This document shows positions 1-8,508 of a stretch of 50,075 bases of DNA, piece by piece; the stretch's first letter is position 1, and the number at the start of each line of letters is the position of its first letter. The stretch lies in assembly GCA_038851565.1 (NCBI GenBank), contig JAWCKV010000001.1, positions 1-50,075 of the forward strand. Reading direction: 5' to 3'. Both the position numbers and the translations under genes were made by a program. This DNA is from Candidatus Hadarchaeales archaeon. GTDB lineage: Archaea > Hadarchaeota > Hadarchaeia > Hadarchaeales > Hadarchaeaceae. The notes beneath the pieces are model-generated. The model saw only the letters and a list, made by a program, of their open reading frames with translations, had not been told where the DNA came from and searched no databases.

Positions 1-266
1 TCCAGCTCTCGAAATGCGAGAAAAGTTGGAATGTAGGGGAAGCGCATCTTCACCTTGGTGGTTATGACATCAAGAACCTTCAGGCTCGCATAATCCAGAA
101 CCACGCACGCAGCCCAGGCCTCGTCCCCAGCTGGTTCGGAAACATCACACCCCGCTATCCTCTCCAGTTTACCGAACCCGTCCCTCCTTATTACCCTCTG
201 TGCCACCATGGTCTGGATCTTCGCCAGCTCGTCCAAATTTATGCCCCTGGGAAAGAGAAGCCTCAC
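1..266 (-). CDS. nfi: Endonuclease V, N-terminal part (gene continues beyond the window start)
   Basis: Open-ended reverse-strand frame starting at GTG (264-266): VRLLFPRGINLDELAKIQTMVAQRVIRRDGFGKLERIAGCDVSEPAGDEAWAACVVLDYASLKVLDVITTKVKMRFPYIPTFLAFRELE. The G-x-DVS and FPYIPxxLAFRE segments are the family signatures. It is absent from the ORF track because there is no stop in the window. Confidence 0.8.
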   Translation of the reverse strand, partial: MRLLFPRGINLDELAKIQTMVAQRVIRRDGFGKLERIAGCDVSEPAGDEAWAACVVLDYASLKVLDVITTKVKMRFPYIPTFLAFREL

Positions 267-320
267 GCGATCTCCTGAAAAATATTAATCCAAGAAGCTA
301 GATAATTATATGCGGGCAGC

Positions 321-494
321 ATGCGGGCCAAGGGACCTAAGTGCAGGATCTGCGGCAAGGGCATTCAGGTCATGAGCTACGATTCCGCCTACATCAAGGT
401 GGTGAAACCCGGAGAAGCTAGGGCCAGCTTCGTTTGCTGGGAATGCGCCGAAAAGCTGCTCGGGGGCAAACTTGCCGAAATGGCCGGCCCATAG
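321..494 (+). CDS. Small zinc-ribbon protein (57 aa), function unknown
   Basis: ATG 321 to TAG 492-494, below the ORF-track length cutoff: MRAKGPKCRICGKGIQVMSYDSAYIKVVKPGEARASFVCWECAEKLLGGKLAEMAGP. It has a CxxC...CxxC pair and an AT-rich TATA-like element about 35 nt upstream. The overlapping minus-strand track ORFs (306-572, 389-574) look like shadows. Confidence 0.5.
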   Translation: MRAKGPKCRICGKGIQVMSYDSAYIKVVKPGEARASFVCWECAEKLLGGKLAEMAGP

Positions 495-515
495 TCTGCC
501 TCGATCTGTGGGACT

Positions 516-653
516 ATGACGAAACGTAGAAAGAGGCCCAGCGGCACCAGAGCCGCTAGCGCGGAGAACCACATCTACAGGTCACTCCTCTCCATCATCA
601 GAGCGAACGAGGGATATGGAGAGATCAAGGCACTCATTTCAAAAAAGACGTGA
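516..653 (+). CDS. Possible 45-codon ORF (basic N-terminus, helical remainder) whose last codons form an A_AAA_AAG heptamer
   Basis: ATG 516 to TGA 651-653: MTKRRKRPSGTRAASAENHIYRSLLSIIRANEGYGEIKALISKKT. It is too short for the ORF track. Coding status is uncertain; see the finding on 516-701. Confidence 0.25.
   Translation: MTKRRKRPSGTRAASAENHIYRSLLSIIRANEGYGEIKALISKKT
641..647 (+). other. A_AAA_AAG heptamer (candidate -1 frameshift site or homopolymer indel site)
   Basis: Zero-frame codons of the 516-653 ORF are tcA AAA AAG. After a -1 slip the next codon is GAC at 647, which is in the frame of the 650-1795 ORF. Confidence 0.25.
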
Positions 654-1795
654 CCTCCTTTAAGAACCGCCGAACAGCATGTTATGGGGATACTGGCCTT
701 ATGGAGGTGGGACTGACGGGCGCAACTCCTGAGGATCACGCCCTGGCATCACTTGCCATAAAGCGCAGGGGCAAATTCGTTGACCTCGCGCACATCCAGG
801 AGAAGGTATCGCGCGACGCGGGGCGCAGCCTATCCGAGGACGAAACGAGGGAGATTCTGGAGTCCCTCGTGAAAAAGGGGCTTGTGGAGGAGAAGGACGG
901 GCTGTACGCCATAAGCGAGAAGGGAAGGGAGCACTTCGAGCGGAGACGGCTGGAGGTAGGGAAATATCTGAACCAGGACTATCTCAAGGTCTACCGGGCG
1001 AAGCGTTACTACCCTCACGTGAAGGACGTCATCCTGGAGTTCTGCAGGGACCGCTGGGTCTCCGTCTTCAGGCTCTTCACTGGCAGGGCCTGGCTTCAGC
1101 GAAAGTTGGGTCCAAAGTACATCACTGTGACCTCATGGAAGGACATCGAAAGGTGGCTCGACATACACGGCATAGATTTCATCCCGTACATCCACAGGAT
1201 AAACGGAGACAGGCCTGACTGGCTCGTCGTGGATTTCGACGCCGGCAGGGATGTGAATGCGGAGACCGTAAAAAAGGTGGTGAAGGAGGCGTGGGATGTT
1301 CTATCGGGATACGGGATAGAGCCGGCGCTGAAGTTCTCCGGGTCAAGGGGATTCCAGATATGGTGTCAGTTCAAGCGGCATGAGCTGCCCGACGATTATG
1401 TGCCAAAGGTCCTCAAGACGGAAAAGAGGGATAGGAACCTTTTCACATTTTACTCCGACGTGGTTAGGTTTGTTGAGCACGAGGTCTCGCTGAAGCTCCC
1501 CGGGGTGACGACCTCCCAGACGGCAGGGAAGGATGAAAGGAGGAACAAGGTGCTCCTCGATGCCTCCATCATAAAGCCGATGGGCGACGTGAGGGCGCCC
1601 TACTCCATGCATCACAGGACTGGACTGATCTCCATGCCCCTGTCCATAAACGAGCTGAAGAACTTTCAACCGGAGATGGCCGACCCCGATGAGGCGGTGG
1701 AGAGATACGAGAAAAACGGGAATGAATTCGTGCTAAGGGCCTGCAACGGCGGGGATCTATTCCGAGACGTCGTCAAGTGGTGCCGGGAGAGATAG
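650..1795 (+). CDS. Archaeo-eukaryotic primase superfamily primase-polymerase, LigD polymerase-domain-like, with N-terminal winged-helix domain
   Basis: 381-aa track ORF (GTG 650; first ATG 701). The N-terminal ~100 aa are wHTH-like (ILESLVKKGLVEEKDGLYAISEKGREHF). The AEP core has motif I DRPDWLVVDFDAG, motif II KFSGSRGFQIW and motif III region VLLDAS...VRAPYSMHHRTGLISMPLSINEL. These are collinear with bacterial LigD PolDom as I remember it. Confidence 0.8.
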   Translation: MTSFKNRRTACYGDTGLMEVGLTGATPEDHALASLAIKRRGKFVDLAHIQEKVSRDAGRSLSEDETREILESLVKKGLVEEKDGLYAISEKGREHFERRRLEVGKYLNQDYLKVYRAKRYYPHVKDVILEFCRDRWVSVFRLFTGRAWLQRKLGPKYITVTSWKDIERWLDIHGIDFIPYIHRINGDRPDWLVVDFDAGRDVNAETVKKVVKEAWDVLSGYGIEPALKFSGSRGFQIWCQFKRHELPDDYVPKVLKTEKRDRNLFTFYSDVVRFVEHEVSLKLPGVTTSQTAGKDERRNKVLLDASIIKPMGDVRAPYSMHHRTGLISMPLSINELKNFQPEMADPDEAVERYEKNGNEFVLRACNGGDLFRDVVKWCRER

Positions 1796-1843
1796 CGATT
1801 TTTCCCCTTATATCTGGCCCCGACACAACGCCTGAAGGGGCCC

Positions 1844-2506
1844 ATGGAAAGAAGCGTGCTGATTCTCTGCATGGGATGCTCCATCGTCGGGGTGATTATG
1901 ATGTATGCGGCCTCGCTCTCAATGAGCACGCCTCGGCTTGCCATATCTCAGCTGAACGAGGAAATGGTGGGATCTACCGTTGAGGTTTCTGGAACCGTGA
2001 TGGATCTGTACGAGCACCGGGATGGCCACCTGTTCGTCAAGCTTCAGGATGAGTCATGCGGGGCTCTCACCGTGCCGCTTTTCTCTGACATGCGCTCTGG
2101 GGTTGGCAGGATCGAGGCCCTTGACAGGCTTGTCGTGAGGGGGGAGGTATCCGTCTACAAGGGAGAGCTTGAGGTGATACCATCCTCCCCGGGCGACGTC
2201 ACAGTCCTCCGCGTTCCGCCCATGCCCCTTACCGAGCTCAATGAGAACCGCTACGGGACGCTCGTCAAGGTAGAGGGAAGGATAACCAACATCAGCTACC
2301 TCTCGGGCGGGCAGGCCATATTTACCATCTCCGGAGGCGGACCAAGCGCCAAGGTCTTCCTTCCAAAAAACGTTGCGAGCGGGGCGCCCTGGCTCGCCGA
2401 GGACATGGTCGTAAGGGTTGGTGGGTGGTACCAGCTGTACAACGGGGAGCCCGAGATAAAGGTTCCTATCTGTGCCTTCCTGTCTCCGGCGGATGACAAT
2501 GCTTGA
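1844..2506 (+). CDS. Membrane-anchored protein with two OB-fold-like repeats
   Basis: 220-aa ORF. It has one N-terminal hydrophobic helix (VLILCMGCSIVGVIMMYAASL). Two OB-like segments follow (VEVSGTVMDLYEHRDGHLFVKLQD...VVRGEVSVYKGELEV and VKVEGRITNISYLSGGQAIFTISGG...VVRVGGWYQLYNGEPEI). Confidence 0.7.
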   Translation: MERSVLILCMGCSIVGVIMMYAASLSMSTPRLAISQLNEEMVGSTVEVSGTVMDLYEHRDGHLFVKLQDESCGALTVPLFSDMRSGVGRIEALDRLVVRGEVSVYKGELEVIPSSPGDVTVLRVPPMPLTELNENRYGTLVKVEGRITNISYLSGGQAIFTISGGGPSAKVFLPKNVASGAPWLAEDMVVRVGGWYQLYNGEPEIKVPICAFLSPADDNA

Positions 2507-3734
2507 GCTCATCCCATTCGTGCTCGGCGGGATATCTCTGGGCATTGTGACGGGCCTCATCCCGGGACTGCACGTGAACAACCTCGCACCGATGCTTGCG
2601 GGACTGGCGGCCGGCGCATCCGCACTATCCCTTGAGCTGGCGGTTGCCATTGTAGCCATGTCCATCACCAACGTGTTCATAAGCTACATACCGTCCACCT
2701 TTCTAGGAGCGCCTGAGGAGGGCACGGAGCTCTCGGTTCTGCCCGGCCACAGATTTCTGCTTGAGGGGAGGGGGTACAGAGCGGTTCAGCTAACGGCCCT
2801 GGGGTGTGCCGGAGGGCTCCTCGCCAGCGCTTTTCTCCTCCTGCCGTTCCTGTCAGTTGTGGGATGGGCCTACGGGCTCATGAGGCCCCACATGCACCTG
2901 GTGCTCCTGGCGGTGATAGGCGTGACAGTGGCGATGGAGAGATCGCCCAGGAGGATTGCATGGAGCTGCGGAATATTCCTGCTCTCAGGGATGCTCGGCA
3001 TTTTAACCCTGGACACGGGGCTCATGAGGGGGGATCTGGGGCTGATGCCCCTGCTCTCGGGCCTCTTCGGCCTGAGCGTGATAGCCCCGGGCATCATTAA
3101 GGGCTACACCATTCCCGAGCAGCTGATCGAAGATCATGGTATGGGGCTGGGTCCAGCGGCCAAACCAGTTCTTGTCGGCACGGCCGCCGGGGCGTTCACG
3201 GGGATAATTCCGGGCATAGGTCCATCGCAGGGGACCATGCTGGCACAGCTTGTCACGGGATCCGGGGGAAATGATGATTTTCTCATATCCGTCAGCAGCG
3301 TCAACACATCTAAGGCACTCTTTTCCTTCGTTGCCCTCTACGCCATAGGGAGGGCCAGAAGCGGTGCTGCGGTTGCCGTGGAAAAGCTCGTTTCCGTTGG
3401 ATTCCCAGAGCTACTTCTCTTCGTGGGGGTATCAATGCTGGCGGGGGGAATATCCGGACTCCTTCACCTGAAGCTCGGCAGGTTCATGGCAAAGGGCATT
3501 AAAAACATCCCATACCGCATGCTCTCCCTATCGGTGGCGGCATTCATTGCGATCATGACCTTCATCATGACCGGACCCTTGGGCCTCCTGGTCCTCGCCG
3601 TGTCTACCTCAATAGGAATGCTGCCGGCCCTTGTGGGGGTCAGGAGGGTTCACTGCATGGGAGTGATCGTCCTTCCGTGCATTCTCTATTTCTCAGGTCT
3701 GAAAGGAGGATTCATGAGATTCCTAGGCCTTTGA
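2493..3734 (+). CDS. TctA/DUF112-family integral membrane transporter subunit
   Basis: Polytopic membrane ORF. The start is moved to ATG 2493, which overlaps the upstream stop at 2504-2506. Duplicated loops GLIPGLHVN...FLGAPEEGTELSVLPGHRFLLEGRG and GIIPGIGPSQGTMLAQL are typical of the family. Confidence 0.8.
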   Translation: MTMLELIPFVLGGISLGIVTGLIPGLHVNNLAPMLAGLAAGASALSLELAVAIVAMSITNVFISYIPSTFLGAPEEGTELSVLPGHRFLLEGRGYRAVQLTALGCAGGLLASAFLLLPFLSVVGWAYGLMRPHMHLVLLAVIGVTVAMERSPRRIAWSCGIFLLSGMLGILTLDTGLMRGDLGLMPLLSGLFGLSVIAPGIIKGYTIPEQLIEDHGMGLGPAAKPVLVGTAAGAFTGIIPGIGPSQGTMLAQLVTGSGGNDDFLISVSSVNTSKALFSFVALYAIGRARSGAAVAVEKLVSVGFPELLLFVGVSMLAGGISGLLHLKLGRFMAKGIKNIPYRMLSLSVAAFIAIMTFIMTGPLGLLVLAVSTSIGMLPALVGVRRVHCMGVIVLPCILYFSGLKGGFMRFLGL

Positions 3735-4091
3735 TGTCTGGAAGGTTCTCCTCCGGTATATCATGAAGGCGGAGGCCGCCGCCAGAACGATGCCGAGGGA
3801 ACCGAACAGAGACCTGCTGATCACGTCGAGCGCGCGGGTTATCGCCTGAAACAGTAGGGCAATGCCAAGCACGAGCAGGATGGGCATGAGCACCATGTCA
3901 GAAGATCTGCCCGGAGCAAGATGCGCCCTCATCATATAGACGTAGGCGACCAGCATCACGGCGCCCGCCCCCATTATGCCCATGTCGACTATCTCCCCCC
4001 TCAGAGGATCGAGCTTTGAGCCCTCCAGCAACAGGAACATCCCCGCCACCAGAAGTATGAAGGCGATAATTTCTCTCCAGCTGGGCTTCAT
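3723..4091 (-). CDS. Small hydrophobic membrane protein (122 aa), unknown function
   Basis: Only the last 122 codons of the 368-aa track ORF are used (ATG at 4089-4091, MKPSWREIIAFILLVAGMFLLLEG...). It has several hydrophobic spans. The upstream remainder of that track ORF is antisense to the gene at 4156-4839. Confidence 0.6.
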   Translation of the reverse strand: MKPSWREIIAFILLVAGMFLLLEGSKLDPLRGEIVDMGIMGAGAVMLVAYVYMMRAHLAPGRSSDMVLMPILLVLGIALLFQAITRALDVISRSLFGSLGIVLAAASAFMIYRRRTFQTSKA

Positions 4092-4155
4092 CTCATCCCT
4101 ACCCCCGTAGCCCTCCGGATATAAAGAGATTTTCGGGGATATAATCTTGAGTTCC

Positions 4156-4839
4156 ATGCGCGTGTCCGCACTCTGTTCCGGCGGAAAGGATTCCGCATAC
4201 GCCCTCTGGCTGGCGATGAAGGCCGGACACGAGGTGATTGAGATACTCACCGTGGTCCCCCAGAGGGAGGACTCCTGGATGTACCACACGGCAAACATCT
4301 GGATGATCGACATGTTCGGGGAATGCGCGGGACTTCCCCTCAGGAAGGTCGGAGGGGGGGAATCGAGAGAGGACGAGCTATCCGGGCTGATAAGGGCCCT
4401 GGGGGAAACCGATGCCGAGGCGGTGGTGAGCGGGGCGATAGCATCAAGATACCAGAGAAGCGCCATAGAGAGGGCATGCTCCGAAACCGGCCTTAAACCG
4501 TTATTTCCCATCTGGGGAAGGGATCCCTCCGATGTCCTCAGGGAGATCGTGAGAGAAGGATTTGAGGCGCTCATAACGCTGGTCGCGGCTGAAGGCCTCG
4601 GCCCCGAATGGCTCGGAAGGCGCATCGACATGCGATGCGTGGAGGAACTCGAGAGAATCTCGAGAAAATTCGGGATAAACGTCTCGGGGGAGGGAGGAGA
4701 GTACGAGAGCCTCGTGACCGACGCACCCTTCTTCAGAAAAAGGATAGAGGTAGAGGACGCAGAAAGGATATGGAACAGCGCTGGGGGGAGAGGCCTGTTC
4801 AGCATAAAGAGGGCAAAGGTTGTGAACAAACAGGGTTAA
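4156..4839 (+). CDS. Diphthine-ammonia ligase-like N-type ATP pyrophosphatase (DUF71/MJ0570 family)
   Basis: MRVSALCSGGKDS PP-loop near the N-terminus and a GEGGEYESLVTDAPFF motif near the C-terminus. ATG 4156 is preferred over the track TTG 4147. Confidence 0.8.
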   Translation: MRVSALCSGGKDSAYALWLAMKAGHEVIEILTVVPQREDSWMYHTANIWMIDMFGECAGLPLRKVGGGESREDELSGLIRALGETDAEAVVSGAIASRYQRSAIERACSETGLKPLFPIWGRDPSDVLREIVREGFEALITLVAAEGLGPEWLGRRIDMRCVEELERISRKFGINVSGEGGEYESLVTDAPFFRKRIEVEDAERIWNSAGGRGLFSIKRAKVVNKQG

Positions 4840-4872
4840 ACCCATGCGAAACCATTTTTCAACGCTGGCAAC

Positions 4873-5901
4873 ATGAGAACTGCACTCGTGTATTCAGAAA
4901 GGTACCTGGAGCACGTTCCCTCAATGGGCCACCCTGAAAGACCTGATCGGCTCGCCTCCATCGTTCAAGGGCTGCGGAGAAACGGGCTCTGGGGCCCTCC
5001 CGCCACCGAGATCATCGAGCCCAAAAAGGCACAGGTGGAGGACCTCCTCCTTGTGCACACGGAGGAGTACATCGAGGAGGTAAGGGAGCTGGGACTTGCT
5101 GAGATGCCAATTGACGGCGACACACCCGTTAGAAAAAACACATTTGAGATCGCGCTGCTCGCGGCGGGAGGAACCATCTGTGCGGGTGCCGCCGTGATCA
5201 ACGGTGAAGCAAGTAACTCGTTTGCGCTCGTAAGGCCTCCCGGACACCACGCCTTCAGGGACAGGGGAGGAGGATTTTGCTATTTCAACAACATCGCAAT
5301 CATGACGAGATGGCTGCAGGAAAGGCGTGGAATCCTACGGGTGGCAATAGTGGACTACGATGCCCACCACGGCAACGGGACGCAGAGCATATTTTACGAG
5401 GACCCCAGCGTGCTCTACATCTCCCTTCATCAACATCCGACCACTCTGTACCCGGGGAGCGGCTTCGTGAGCGAAAAAGGTGCGGGGGAGGGAGAGGGAT
5501 ATACCGTAAACATTCCAATGAGGCCAGGCAGCGGGGATGGGGAATACGCCTCCGCATTTGAAGAGGTTATCCTCCCGATCCTGGACCAGTTCAAACCTAA
5601 CCTCATTGCGGTTTCCGCGGGGTTCGACTCGCACAGGGATGATCCCCTCACGGGCCTTGGCCTCTCATCGGAAGCATACGGATGGATAACCGGCATGCTG
5701 GTTGGGGAGGCCGAACGGCACTGCAGAGGAAGGCTGGTGGTGGCCCTGGAGGGCGGGTATGATCTCGACGCCCTCGCTGAAAGCGCGAAAAACGTGGTGC
5801 TCGCCCTGAAAGGAAAGCCGTTCCCCCCGCCGAGGTCCGAAGGGACCCCTGAAGTGGTACGTGAGGTGAAGAAAACACATTCAAAATGGTGGAGATTCTG
5901 A
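4873..5901 (+). CDS. Histone deacetylase / AcuC / acetylpolyamine amidohydrolase family protein
   Basis: 342-aa ORF with RPPGHHA, DYDAHHGNGTQ, GFDSH and EGGY motifs of the arginase-deacetylase fold. Confidence 0.85.
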   Translation: MRTALVYSERYLEHVPSMGHPERPDRLASIVQGLRRNGLWGPPATEIIEPKKAQVEDLLLVHTEEYIEEVRELGLAEMPIDGDTPVRKNTFEIALLAAGGTICAGAAVINGEASNSFALVRPPGHHAFRDRGGGFCYFNNIAIMTRWLQERRGILRVAIVDYDAHHGNGTQSIFYEDPSVLYISLHQHPTTLYPGSGFVSEKGAGEGEGYTVNIPMRPGSGDGEYASAFEEVILPILDQFKPNLIAVSAGFDSHRDDPLTGLGLSSEAYGWITGMLVGEAERHCRGRLVVALEGGYDLDALAESAKNVVLALKGKPFPPPRSEGTPEVVREVKKTHSKWWRF

Positions 5902-7122
5902 TCATCGACCGGACGAGGCTATCTCCCTCACAGCATCAACGAATTCAGCGACCTCATCATACGTATTGTAATAGCCCACAGATGCCCTGACGGTTCCCTT
6001 CACCCCCAGATGCCGCATGGTTGGAAGGGCGCAGTGATGGCCGGACCTCACGGCAAATCCCCTGAAATCGAGCATCTTGGCAACAGCATTGGGGTCAAGA
6101 TCGCGAACGTTGAAGCTCACTATTCCTCCCCTGCTTTCCGCACCAGGTGGGCCGTAGACCCTCACGCCATCTATCTCCCTGAGCTCCAGCAGCTTCCTCA
6201 CGAGCTGAAGCTCATGCCTCGCTATATTCTCTATCCCTATGCTGAGCACATACTCACACCCTGCCCCCAGCCCCACTATTCCAGGGATGTTTGGAGTTCC
6301 GGCGTCAAGGCTCTGTGGAAAGCCCACGAACTCAAAATCTGCGCATCCCTCCTTTATAACCCCTCCTCCCGTGAGAAGCGGCTCTGGAACCCGAGCCCCC
6401 TCCCTGACACAAAGAAATCCAGTTCCCGGTGGCCCCATCAGCCCCTTGTGTCCGGGAGCCACAAGAAAGTCGCAGCCGATCCTCTCCACATCGACCGGAA
6501 TATGCCCAACTGACTGCGCTGCATCCACAAGGGAAAGCGCACCCCTCTCCCTTGCGACTTCCACTATCTCCTTAACCGGCTGCACCGAGCCAACCGCGTT
6601 TGAGATGTGGTGAAACGCGACGAGCCTGGTGTCCTCATCCATTGCCGCATCGAATTCGGAGGAATAGAGGACGCAATCTGGAGACGAACCGATGACCTCC
6701 ATCCTAACTCCCCTACTCCTGACAAGCCTCTCCCACGGAAGAAAGTTGCTGTGGTGCTCAAAACGGGAAACCAGGATCTTGTCCCCCCGCTTGAAGCCCA
6801 GGCCTGAAGCGATGATATTTATCGCCTCCGTGGTGCTCTTGGCGTAGGCTATCTCGTGCGGTTTTGCCCCGATCACCCTCGCTATTTTCTCCCGTGTGGA
6901 CTCGAAGGCCTCCGTGGCCGCCCCAGCCGCTCGATATACTCCCCTTCCCACGTTCACGCAGAAATCGGTGAAGTACCTCAGGACGGCGTCTATGACCGGC
7001 TTCGGCTTCAGCGACGTTGAGGCGCTATCCAGATATCTTATCCCGGTCCTGAGAAACGGTATCTCAGCCCTTACCTCTTCCACGCTCTTTGGCATTTTTC
7101 CTCGTCTCCTCTGGCTCCACAT
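5902..7122 (-). CDS. sufS: Cysteine desulfurase, class-V aminotransferase (SufS/CsdA-type)
   Basis: 406-aa ORF with the PLP-lysine region APGHKGLMGPPGTGFL and the catalytic loop RSGHHCA. An alternative ATG lies at 7095. The 5' end overlaps the 3' end of the upstream CDF gene. Confidence 0.85.
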   Translation of the reverse strand: MWSQRRRGKMPKSVEEVRAEIPFLRTGIRYLDSASTSLKPKPVIDAVLRYFTDFCVNVGRGVYRAAGAATEAFESTREKIARVIGAKPHEIAYAKSTTEAINIIASGLGFKRGDKILVSRFEHHSNFLPWERLVRSRGVRMEVIGSSPDCVLYSSEFDAAMDEDTRLVAFHHISNAVGSVQPVKEIVEVARERGALSLVDAAQSVGHIPVDVERIGCDFLVAPGHKGLMGPPGTGFLCVREGARVPEPLLTGGGVIKEGCADFEFVGFPQSLDAGTPNIPGIVGLGAGCEYVLSIGIENIARHELQLVRKLLELREIDGVRVYGPPGAESRGGIVSFNVRDLDPNAVAKMLDFRGFAVRSGHHCALPTMRHLGVKGTVRASVGYYNTYDEVAEFVDAVREIASSGR

Positions 7123-7963
7123 GAACCATGACGCTTGAGAGGTTCGGGATCTTCCTCCTCAGCCTCCTCTCGACCTTGGTTGCCACCCGATGTGAGTCCC
7201 TTACGCTCATGTGTGGCCTAACCTGCACATGGAGGTCGCCTATTATCTTGGACCCAACCCTCCTGGCCCTGAGCCTGTGGCATCCCCTGACCCCCTCCAC
7301 CTCCATTGATACCTCCCTCATCTTCAAAAGGACCTCCTGCCCAGGACTGGTCCCCATCAGGATGCTCACGGCCTCCTTTCCAAGCCTGACCCCCCAGCTC
7401 ATTATCAGGACTGAGATGAGCGCGCTAACTATGGGGTCCGCCACCGGATACCCGGCAGCGATGAATCCCATTCCACACAGGACCGCTATGGATGAAACTG
7501 TATCGGTCAGGGTGTGGTATCCATCGGCCACGACTGAGGGGTTTCCCATTCTCCTTCCGATCCTGATCTTCTGAAATGCCATCAAACCCAGGAGAAGCGC
7601 GGAGATCGAGGCCAGCAGGGGGAGGATAGGCGTCACATCAACATGAGATGGAGAAAGGATCCTCTCCGCTGAAACCCAGGCCATCCTGACGCCCACCACA
7701 AACAATGCAACGGCCAGCGCCAGGGAAACCAGGGTCTCCGCCTGCCTGTGCCCATAGCGGTGGTCCCTGTCGGGCGGGCGGCCGGAGACCCTCAGCCCGG
7801 CAAACACCATCACCGACGTGAGGGTGTCAAAGAGGGCATCGAGCCCGGCTGCGATGAAGGCGAGGGTTCCAAAGACAAGCCCTGCCATCAACTCTGCCGA
7901 CCCCAAAGTCGTGGTGAGCGCAATTGAAACCAATGTTATCCTTTCCGATGGGCTGAACGGCAT
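7064..7963 (-). CDS. Cation diffusion facilitator (CDF) family metal efflux transporter
   Basis: 299 aa with six hydrophobic spans. Motifs are DALFDTLTS and HTLTDTVSSIAVL, plus a C-terminal cytoplasmic domain (VRGCHRLRARRVGSKIIGDLHVQV...DSHRVATKVE). Confidence 0.85.
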   Translation of the reverse strand: MPFSPSERITLVSIALTTTLGSAELMAGLVFGTLAFIAAGLDALFDTLTSVMVFAGLRVSGRPPDRDHRYGHRQAETLVSLALAVALFVVGVRMAWVSAERILSPSHVDVTPILPLLASISALLLGLMAFQKIRIGRRMGNPSVVADGYHTLTDTVSSIAVLCGMGFIAAGYPVADPIVSALISVLIMSWGVRLGKEAVSILMGTSPGQEVLLKMREVSMEVEGVRGCHRLRARRVGSKIIGDLHVQVRPHMSVRDSHRVATKVERRLRRKIPNLSSVMVHVEPEETRKNAKERGRGKG

Positions 7964-8009
7964 TGGACCAAGAGAGAGGTTGAAACCGGATGCCTAAAGG
8001 AATATCGGT

Positions 8010-8267
8010 TCAGAGGAGACGCGTGACCGAGAGAACCTGAACGTTTCCCACTCCCGGTATCCCCGCCAGCTCCCTCTCCAGGTTTTCCGTTCCGCCCTCA
8101 GCGTCCTCCACTGTTGTTATTATCCTCAGGGCGGAAAGGCCAAAGGCTATCGGCTCCCTCGCCACGGAGTGGACCCTCACCCTCCTCCTGACCTCGGCCT
8201 CAAGCCTGTCGAGATCGACCTCAGAGCCCTCCGGCATCAACCTTACCGTTACGGCAACATCCGCCAA
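8010..8267 (-). CDS. ef1b: Translation elongation factor aEF-1 beta
   Basis: (M)ADVAVTVRLMPEGSEVDLDRLEAEV...EPIAFGLSALRIITTVEDAEGGTENLE...VQVLSVTRL. The start is set to the in-frame TTG at 8265-8267, giving the family-typical length and N-terminus. The track start at 8291 would overlap the upstream gene. Confidence 0.85.
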   Translation of the reverse strand: MADVAVTVRLMPEGSEVDLDRLEAEVRRRVRVHSVAREPIAFGLSALRIITTVEDAEGGTENLERELAGIPGVGNVQVLSVTRLL

Positions 8268-8277
8268 GCATATCCCC

Positions 8278-8439
8278 CTAAGGGCCCACAAACCCGCACT
8301 TTGGACAGGCGTACTTCCTGCTGAGCCTCTTGCATTTCCTGCATCTCACTATCTCCTGTTCCCCGCAGCTGGGGCAGGGCATTTTAGTCGCAACCTCTCC
8401 GGACGGAATGTCCCTGTTGCAGGACGTGCAGGTCACCAT
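8278..8439 (-). CDS. Zn-ribbon protein of the kind conserved upstream of aEF-1beta (COG2888-like)
   Basis: MVTCTSCNRDIPSGEVATKMPCPSCGEQEIVRCRKCKRLSRKYACPKCGFVGP carries four CxxC pairs. Start ATG 8437-8439 (alternative 8455-8457). The track ORF N-terminal extension to 8601 is antisense to the tRNA. Confidence 0.7.
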   Translation of the reverse strand: MVTCTSCNRDIPSGEVATKMPCPSCGEQEIVRCRKCKRLSRKYACPKCGFVGP

Positions 8440-8480
8440 GCTAACAGCCCACTTCATTTGTCCATTGAGGTTATAAACCA

Positions 8481-8488
8481 TTTTTATC
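8481..8488 (+). promoter_or_regulatory. TATA-box-like element for the tRNA gene
   Basis: TTTTTATC is centred about 24 nt upstream of the tRNA 5' end. A second element, TTATAAA (8471-8477), read on the minus strand sits about 35 nt upstream of ATG 8439 of the Zn-ribbon gene. Together they form a compact divergent promoter region. Confidence 0.45.
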
Positions 8489-8508
8489 CCGCTCGGCGAT
8501 TTAAGGAT

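Noticed and set aside
4092-4829. Upstream 246 codons of the 368-aa minus-strand ORF 3723-4829.
   Set aside because: It is Ser/Pro/Leu-rich and low-complexity, and fully antisense to the well-supported diphthine-ammonia-ligase-like gene. This is a typical shadow ORF in GC-rich DNA. The hydrophobic 122-aa C-terminal part, which has its own ATG, is kept.
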